Source: Thermodesulfobacteriota bacterium (GTDB lineage Bacteria > Desulfobacterota_D > UBA1144 > Nemesobacterales > Mycalebacteriaceae). Taken from it: a stretch of DNA of 64,000 bases. A program made the position numbers and the translations under genes. Position 1 is the stretch's first letter. Every line of letters begins with the position of its first letter. The stretch is taken from the NCBI GenBank assembly GCA_965226585.1, contig OZ245366.1, positions 160,001-224,000 of the forward strand. Direction: 5' to 3'. Of this stretch, positions 57,817-64,000 are shown piece by piece. The notes beneath the pieces are model-generated. The model searched no databases. It was not told the origin of the DNA and worked only from the letters and a program-made list of their open reading frames with translations.

Positions 57817-60756
57817 ATGAACTACTCACCGGGAAAAGTTTTTCAATCGTTTGCCGTGTTTATGCTTGTTGCGGCTTTCGCCCTCTCCTCGCAGGGGCAG
57901 GAGCCCGAAGAGGTTGTTACAATCGGTTCGCGGTTCGGCATAACGGAAGCCGAAAGCGCAGTGCCTGTTGAGGTTATAACCCGCGAGGAACTGATGCGGA
58001 GCGGGGCGACCGAACTGAAAAGGATTGTGGAGAACATCCTGCCTTCGTTCACTCTGGAAAAAAACACCATATCAGACGCGACAGACGCTTACGCAACCGC
58101 CCAAATGCGCGGACTTGGGCCCGACCAGATACTTGTGCTTGTCAACGGAAAGCGGCGCCACCAGTATCCGGTTCCGTCTTTTCTGAGCCCCATTGGCGCG
58201 GGCGCGACCGGAACGGACTTGAGCGCGATACCGGTTGGCGCGGTGGAGCGGATTGAAATTCTGGGTCCCGGCGCGGCGGCGCAATACGGCTCAGACGCCA
58301 TTGCGGGTGTCATAAACATTGTTCTGAAAAACAACCACGAAGGCGTGCACACGCAAACGGAAGTGGGGCAGACATACGAAGGAGACGGCGAGACGGTTTT
58401 AACTTCTTTGAACATGGGCTTTGGAGATGAGAAAGGTTTTGTGAATCTTACGCTTGAATACCGCGAGCGCGGCGAAACAAACCGCTCGGGACCTTTCAAC
58501 CTTTTCGGAGAAAACATGGCATTCACCACAACCGGGGACGGGGTTAAAGGAGTTGTTGACGGAACCGCAATCAGGCCCGCAACGGCGGCGGAACGGCAAG
58601 ATTCAACCCCTTTCATCGTGGCGGATGAAGACGGCAACTTCGCGCTTACCACCGACACCGCAATAACAAGCTCAACGGTATTCTCGAACCAGCAGACGGG
58701 TTTTGACGCAACCACCGCAGAATACCAGCTCTCCTTTCCTCTCTCTGAAAAAGTTTTTCAGGATGAAGTTTACTACCGCGGACTGAGACAGGGCATTGTG
58801 CGCCAGAGAATCGGACAGGTTGAAGCGGAAGACTACTCTCTGTGGCTGAACTCCAGAAAACGCCTGGGACCCGGAGCGATTTACGCCTTCGGCGGCTACA
58901 ACCGCCGCAAAACGGACTCGGCCGGATTTTACCGCCCTCTTGCGGAGTTGAACGGACGGACGGTTCCCGAAATCTACGGAGAGGGGCACCTTCCGAACAT
59001 CGTTCTGCGTGTTCAGGACTTCGGAATCACGGCGGGATATGATTTTGCCGCCGCCGGTATAGATTGGGATTTGAGCTATAGTTTCGGCGGAAGCAGAATC
59101 GCGCACCGCGAAAGAAACACGGTGAACATCAGTTACTACTACGAGCCCATACCGGGCAGTGACGGAACCCTGCCCGCGGCTTGCTCAGAGACACTCGGCA
59201 GTCAGGCATACAGAAACGGTTGCGACCTTTACCGCAGTTCACAAAGGGAGTTTGACACCGGAACATTGGGGCTTACTCAGCATTCCGTCAATCTGGACGC
59301 GACAGTGCCGATTGACTGGGGAGTGGGCACATCTCCGCTCAACTTTGCGTTCGGAACGGAGTGGAGAATAGAGCAGTTTGAAATAAAAGCGGGAGACGCG
59401 GCTTCGTATCAGTACGGGCGGGGCAACGACGGCGACATTGAGATAGGAAACTACTTCTGCACCATAGACGACCCTCTCATTCCGGGAGGCATACACCCAA
59501 ATTGCGGCAACGCCGCTTCGGGAAGTCAGGGTTTTCCGGGTTATCAGGACAGGGATGAGATTGAAGACTCAAGGAACGTCTGGGCGTTATACGTGCAAGG
59601 TGAAACGGACTTCATAGAAGCCCTTCACACCGAAATTTCGGGGCGTTACGAGTGGTATTCCGATTTTGGAAGCACAATCAACGGAAAACTGTCGGCGCGC
59701 TACGATGTTATTGCAGACATGTTTTCGCTTCGCGGCAACATCGCCACCGGTTTCCGCGCACCGGGCATTCAGCAACTTTTCTTTCAGCACATAACAACAG
59801 ACCTTGTGGACGGAGTGCTTACAGACACACAAACCGTATTGCCGGACGGACCGGCGGCAAGAGCGCTGGGCTTCAAAGATTTGGAGGAGGAAACCTCCAT
59901 CACCTACGGAATCGGCTTTGCCTCGCGCCCTTTCGGGGGTTTGAGCCTTACGTTTGACGCTTACAGAATAGACATTGACGACCGCATCATCTACTCAAAC
60001 AACCTGTCTCGCGGCGCCATAGATAAACTGGCAAACCCCGGCGAAGACGACCCAACACCGCCCCCGGCAACGATGGCGCAGGCGGCGGCGGCTCTTGTTG
60101 AAATTGATAAACTTGCCGGCTCCCCGCAGACTTTCCGGCTCTTCACAAATGGAATTAACACCGAAACATACGGTCTGGACTTCACGGCGAGATACCACTT
60201 TTTAATCGGCGAAGACTTTTTTGTGAACCTTGGCGCGCTGTTTCACCTCAACAACACGAAAGTAACAAAGCGGCGCGCCGTGTCGTCTCTTTTCAGCGGA
60301 GACACCCTTATCACAGACCATCAAGTGCGTTCCCTTGAAAAAGGCGCGCCGCGCCAGCGTCTCACTCTTTCAACCGATTTCAAAAAAGGCGCGTTCGCCC
60401 TCACCCTGCGCTCCAACTACTACGGGCCTGTTGAGGCAAGTTACTGGACGGATGTTTTCTCAGGCGGCGCGTGCAGCGGGGAGAACGCGGACGGCTGCAC
60501 ACAGAAGTTCGGAGGAAACTGGTTCTTTGACGCAGAAGTCAGCGCGGAAGTGCGCAAGGGCGTAACCTTCTCAATCGGGGCGTTAAACCTGTTTGACCAG
60601 TACCCTGACAAACTGAGTTCAAATCTTTCCTTCGCGGGCGCGCAGGGCGCGGCGCAAACCCTTATAAACAGAGGATTTGTACACGGCTGGGAATCGTCAA
60701 GGGCTTACCCCACAGACGGCGGCTACTACTACGTGCGTCTCACTACCGACCTGTAA
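57817..60756 (+). CDS. TonB-dependent receptor
   Basis: Signal peptide; plug RGLGPDQILVLVNGKRRH and ERIEIL...QYGSDAIAGVINI; GFRAP, NLFDQYP, terminal strand. Confidence 0.95.
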   Translation: MNYSPGKVFQSFAVFMLVAAFALSSQGQEPEEVVTIGSRFGITEAESAVPVEVITREELMRSGATELKRIVENILPSFTLEKNTISDATDAYATAQMRGLGPDQILVLVNGKRRHQYPVPSFLSPIGAGATGTDLSAIPVGAVERIEILGPGAAAQYGSDAIAGVINIVLKNNHEGVHTQTEVGQTYEGDGETVLTSLNMGFGDEKGFVNLTLEYRERGETNRSGPFNLFGENMAFTTTGDGVKGVVDGTAIRPATAAERQDSTPFIVADEDGNFALTTDTAITSSTVFSNQQTGFDATTAEYQLSFPLSEKVFQDEVYYRGLRQGIVRQRIGQVEAEDYSLWLNSRKRLGPGAIYAFGGYNRRKTDSAGFYRPLAELNGRTVPEIYGEGHLPNIVLRVQDFGITAGYDFAAAGIDWDLSYSFGGSRIAHRERNTVNISYYYEPIPGSDGTLPAACSETLGSQAYRNGCDLYRSSQREFDTGTLGLTQHSVNLDATVPIDWGVGTSPLNFAFGTEWRIEQFEIKAGDAASYQYGRGNDGDIEIGNYFCTIDDPLIPGGIHPNCGNAASGSQGFPGYQDRDEIEDSRNVWALYVQGETDFIEALHTEISGRYEWYSDFGSTINGKLSARYDVIADMFSLRGNIATGFRAPGIQQLFFQHITTDLVDGVLTDTQTVLPDGPAARALGFKDLEEETSITYGIGFASRPFGGLSLTFDAYRIDIDDRIIYSNNLSRGAIDKLANPGEDDPTPPPATMAQAAAALVEIDKLAGSPQTFRLFTNGINTETYGLDFTARYHFLIGEDFFVNLGALFHLNNTKVTKRRAVSSLFSGDTLITDHQVRSLEKGAPRQRLTLSTDFKKGAFALTLRSNYYGPVEASYWTDVFSGGACSGENADGCTQKFGGNWFFDAEVSAEVRKGVTFSIGALNLFDQYPDKLSSNLSFAGAQGAAQTLINRGFVHGWESSRAYPTDGGYYYVRLTTDL

Positions 60757-61204
60757 TCTCTGCGGCACTGCGGCGGCTTTTATCCAGAGCCGCTTTTTCT
60801 TCTGCTGAGAATTCACCCTCAAATCCCGCCACCGCGCCGCCTGATGAGTCAAGAAACCAAACCTCCACATCAGAGAATTTGGAGAAACTGTCCAGCAGTT
60901 GCGTGTCTTTTTCCGAATCAAGGGAGAAAAAATACTCGTATCTGAATTTTCCCGCATCTGTCTCAACATGTATAACGGCGCAGACGGAGGGAAACTCGTC
61001 TCCGTCAATATGCTCAAAATGGAAACGTATGGACGGTTGAAAATCTCCGGAGCGCAAAGTTGCGAGGGCTCCGTCTTTAACGGCAAACACGGCGCGGCTG
61101 TTTCCGGGGAGCGCGAAACACCCCGAATCCACAACAGAAAGCGCCATTTCCGTCTCGGCGTCAATCTCCGGGGCGGAAGGCAAACGGCTTGCTTTGAAAT
61201 TCAC
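60743..61204 (-). CDS. Hypothetical protein
   Basis: 153-aa ORF with host-like codon usage filling the gap between two + strand genes; TATAAT 6 nt upstream of GTG. Confidence 0.6.
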   Translation of the reverse strand: MNFKASRLPSAPEIDAETEMALSVVDSGCFALPGNSRAVFAVKDGALATLRSGDFQPSIRFHFEHIDGDEFPSVCAVIHVETDAGKFRYEYFFSLDSEKDTQLLDSFSKFSDVEVWFLDSSGGAVAGFEGEFSAEEKAALDKSRRSAAEITGR

Positions 61205-61256
61205 GATTCAATTATAATGGCAAAGGCGTGTTTCCTAAAAAAGGGGGAGAACCGGA

Positions 61257-62432
61257 ATGAAATTTCACACAAAATTTGCTCTTTGGATTTTCGCGGCGGC
61301 GGTTGGGTTTGGCATAAACTTTGCCGCCCCGGTTGCGAAGGCGGAATTTTTCAGCCTCAGCAGTGAGAGAGACGGCATTTATATCGGCGCGGATTTGGGA
61401 ATTGCGATACAGAAAGATATAGACCTGCTTGGAAGGGATAACGACTTGCCGACACAGTGCGACCAGTTACTGAGGGCACGGTCGCCGCTTGTTGAAACTG
61501 ACGCTCCCGCCGTTACAGACCCGGAAGACACCAATTACGTCGAGGATGTCAGCGCCAACTACTTTGCGGACATCACGGCAACTTCCATTGCTGAGGGCGG
61601 TGAGTGTGCAAGGGGAGACAAATGGGATAACGAAAACTCTTTGAAACCGGGGATTTTTGCCGGTTTGCATTTTGGATACGCGTTTGGAAACTTCCGCGCC
61701 GAGGGTGAATACAGCTACCGCAACAACAGTTATGACAGCCACACCGACACAGTGCTCCCCAGAAAACGTGAGGAACTGGTTGAGGCAAACCAGAAAGTCA
61801 GCATTTCAAGCCACAGCGCGTTTGTGAACTTTTACTTTGACTTTGTGAACGATTCCCGCCTCACGCCGTATTTGGGAGCGGGCGCGGGATTTGCGCAAAT
61901 GAATATGCTTTACGACGCCGTTTTCACCAGAAACACCGACCCCGCGGCATTGCCGGACTTTGACGAGCACGGCGACAGTACGCCCGATGCCGCAACCTCT
62001 ACCTCAAGCCATGGCAGAAAATGGGTGGACGACACCGTTTTCGGGTGGCAGGTTATCAGCGGCACGGACTACATGATAGACAACAACTGGAGTCTGGGTC
62101 TGAAACTCCGCTATCAGAATTTCGGAGAGTTTGAAAGCGGCGGACATCTCTGGGACCAGCTGCGTTCTCACGAATCCAAAAATGCGGAAACCGCAGAGGA
62201 ACAGCCGCTGGGAGGAGACTCTTCAACGGACACCACCCCCCCGACATATCCAAATCTGGATAACGCGCAGACAGTCGCGGATATAAGAAATGGACCTGAT
62301 GGTGCTCCCGGCGGAGGGGATGACATTACCTTTGACCCTTACGTCAGATACACAGTCAGTGTGCCTGATACGGTTGTCTGGTCTGGGGCGTTGAACCTCA
62401 AATACAGGTTCGGCGGCGGAAGCGGCAATTAA
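61257..62432 (+). CDS. Outer-membrane beta-barrel (opacity/P44-Msp2-like) with large acidic loop insertions
   Basis: Signal peptide, GIYIGADLG, FRAEGEYSYR, FVNFYFDF, PYLGAGAG, FGWQV, LKYRF. Confidence 0.85.
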   Translation: MKFHTKFALWIFAAAVGFGINFAAPVAKAEFFSLSSERDGIYIGADLGIAIQKDIDLLGRDNDLPTQCDQLLRARSPLVETDAPAVTDPEDTNYVEDVSANYFADITATSIAEGGECARGDKWDNENSLKPGIFAGLHFGYAFGNFRAEGEYSYRNNSYDSHTDTVLPRKREELVEANQKVSISSHSAFVNFYFDFVNDSRLTPYLGAGAGFAQMNMLYDAVFTRNTDPAALPDFDEHGDSTPDAATSTSSHGRKWVDDTVFGWQVISGTDYMIDNNWSLGLKLRYQNFGEFESGGHLWDQLRSHESKNAETAEEQPLGGDSSTDTTPPTYPNLDNAQTVADIRNGPDGAPGGGDDITFDPYVRYTVSVPDTVVWSGALNLKYRFGGGSGN

Positions 62433-62477
62433 ATAAAGTTGACTGATTTCCCTATCCCGTTGTATGATTAGGGAACA

Positions 62478-62666
62478 ATGGAAGGCAATACCTTACTAAT
62501 AGCCATTTTGGTTGTGGCTCTTGTTGTTGTGCTTTACGTCCTTAAGGGCAAAGGCGGCGCGGGCGGCGGTTCCGATTCCGGTTCTTCAGACTCGGACGCT
62601 CCCACTCCCCCCGAAGACAAAAGCACAGGCAGTGAGCAGGACGCGTTTCGCAGTCCTAATTCCTGA
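62478..62666 (+). CDS. Small single-pass membrane protein with disordered acidic tail
   Basis: N-terminal TM followed by a G/S/D/P-rich tail; own promoter TTGACT-18-TATGAT. Confidence 0.65.
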   Translation: MEGNTLLIAILVVALVVVLYVLKGKGGAGGGSDSGSSDSDAPTPPEDKSTGSEQDAFRSPNS

Positions 62667-62681
62667 ACGGAACGCGCAAGC

Positions 62682-62764
62682 AAATCCGCACACAGGAAAA
62701 AACAACACGCAAAAGGTGTAACGCTCCCGCACGGAGCCGCGCCTTATGTTTTTTTGCGGAATTT
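62682..62764. other. Long imperfect stem-loop between convergent genes
   Basis: Nested pairings TCCGCA/TGCGGA, AAAAACA/TGTTTTT, AAGGTGT/GCGCCTT, GCTCC/GGAGC. Confidence 0.5.
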
Positions 62765-62769
62765 TCCCG

Positions 62770-63795
62770 CTACTTGAAAAGCGGTATCACCTTCTCGCCA
62801 AAAAGTTTTATACAGTCTGAAGTCTCCCCGCCCGGCGCTTGAGGAAACACCATCCGGCAGGCGATGTTCCTGATGCCAACCTCATCGCGGTATTTTTCAA
62901 TCTCACCGGCGCAATGCTCCGGAGTTCCGATAATAAAGCGGTCTTCCGCCATATGCTCAAAAAGCGGGTCGTCCGCGCCCTTCACCTGCTCGCCCCTTAT
63001 AAATATCTTTATGCCAAGCGACAGGTAGAACTTGTACATGTTGATGATGTATTTCTCCCCGCCTTCAAGCGCGCCCTCTTTGCCTTCGCTCACAAAGGTT
63101 TCCCTGAGAAGCACATGCTCCACTTTTTGCGGGTCATGCCCCGCTTTTTCAGAGGAGTCGTTATACCAGCCGAGTGTGTCGCGTATCATTTCAAGCGTGC
63201 GTCCGGGCCCGATTAAAAGCGGATATCCGAGCCGTCCCGCCCTTCTGACCGCGGGCTCCTCAAACGCTCCGATATACAGGGGGATATGCGGCTTCTGAAC
63301 CGGCTTTGGCGTAACGTCTATGTTTTCAAACTCAAACCTTTTGCCCTTGTATGAAAACTGCCCGTCTGCCCAGGATTTGAGCAGAATGTCTATCCCCTCT
63401 TCGATGAGTGACGGGCGGTTTTTGATTGACAGACCGAAGCCGTCAAACTCTTCTTTGCGGTATCCGATGGCGATTCCGAGGTCAAATCTGCCGCCGGATA
63501 TGTTGTCTATCACGGCGGAGTCTTCGGCAACTCGCGCGGGGTTGTGAAGAGGCAGAATAAGGGCGGCGGTTCCGATGCGTATTTTCTTTGTTGCCGCCGC
63601 CATTGCCGCCGCCATCACCAGAGGCGAGGGGCAGTAGCCGTCTTCAAGAAAGTGGTGTTCCGACAGCCAGACGGAATCAAACCCTGATTCTTCCGCAAGT
63701 TGTGTCTGTTCAAGCGCGGCGCGGTAGAGGGCGCGGTGGTCTGCCTTCACATCCGCGTGTGTTTGCATACTGAAAAGCCCGACTCCAAACTTCAT
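62770..63795 (-). CDS. LLM-class (luciferase-like) flavin/F420-dependent oxidoreductase
   Basis: GFDSVWLSEHHF..DGY.PSP, LPLHNPARVAED..V.D.ISGGRF, PKPVQKPH. SD GGAGG before ATG 63795. Confidence 0.92.
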   Translation of the reverse strand: MKFGVGLFSMQTHADVKADHRALYRAALEQTQLAEESGFDSVWLSEHHFLEDGYCPSPLVMAAAMAAATKKIRIGTAALILPLHNPARVAEDSAVIDNISGGRFDLGIAIGYRKEEFDGFGLSIKNRPSLIEEGIDILLKSWADGQFSYKGKRFEFENIDVTPKPVQKPHIPLYIGAFEEPAVRRAGRLGYPLLIGPGRTLEMIRDTLGWYNDSSEKAGHDPQKVEHVLLRETFVSEGKEGALEGGEKYIINMYKFYLSLGIKIFIRGEQVKGADDPLFEHMAEDRFIIGTPEHCAGEIEKYRDEVGIRNIACRMVFPQAPGGETSDCIKLFGEKVIPLFK

Positions 63796-63857
63796 TTTGA
63801 CCTCCCGTGCGATTTGCTGATAGATTATACTCACAACTTAAAGGCAAGGGGAAAAGC

Positions 63858-64000
63858 ATGGCTAATCAGATTAAATTCGGACTTTCGGCTCCGATGCCCG
63901 GAGCGGACACGGCGGGGATTCTTGAGTTTTCAAAAAAGGCGGACAAACTGGGTTTTGACACAATCTGGTATCCCGACCACACGGTTTTTGTTGCCCCCGG
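63858..64000 (+). CDS. LLM-class oxidoreductase, N-terminus (3' truncated by window edge)
   Basis: MANQIKFGLSAP...KKADKLGFDTIWYPDH, translated by hand; matches the LLM N-terminal GFD.VW..DH motif. Confidence 0.75.
   Translation, partial: MANQIKFGLSAPMPGADTAGILEFSKKADKLGFDTIWYPDHTVFVAP

Overview
A 64-kb stretch of mostly core bacterial chromosome from a diderm organism, moderately GC-rich and densely packed with short intergenic gaps and overlapping stop/start codons. Gene content and protein style resemble deltaproteobacteria-like lineages such as Ca. Dadabacteria; this is inference only and needs a marker-gene tree. Core content: smc, cofD-rrf2-sufBCD-Rieske, rho, yebC-ruvCAB, argS, ffh-rpsP-khpA-rimM-trmD-rplS, polA, ftsB-rsmA-pepA, gmd, gap-pgk-fbaB-prx-msrA, argC, cofE, two cysteine desulfurases, an RND pump, HU, tsaC-DUF1015-lepA, rpmG-rpmB, fabH, a TonB-dependent receptor, outer-membrane barrels and two luciferase-like oxidoreductases. 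Two AT-rich accessory patches stand out. The first is the left edge: the C-terminus of a TIGR02391/Ymh (HEPN-motif) protein plus vsr, probably the tail of a cytosine-methylation defence island, next to an orphan hicB. The second is a lone HhH-GPD/[4Fe-4S] glycosylase inserted after lepA inside a compositionally shifted tract. Other points of note: a TrmD-second SPOUT fusion, F420 genes linked twice to Fe-S biogenesis genes, a recurring leaderless-mRNA signature, surface proteins with cysteine-closed acidic loop insertions, and several structured intergenic elements. I found no rRNA, tRNA, CRISPR array or transposase. Start codons were adjusted from the ORF track where the sequence supported it.
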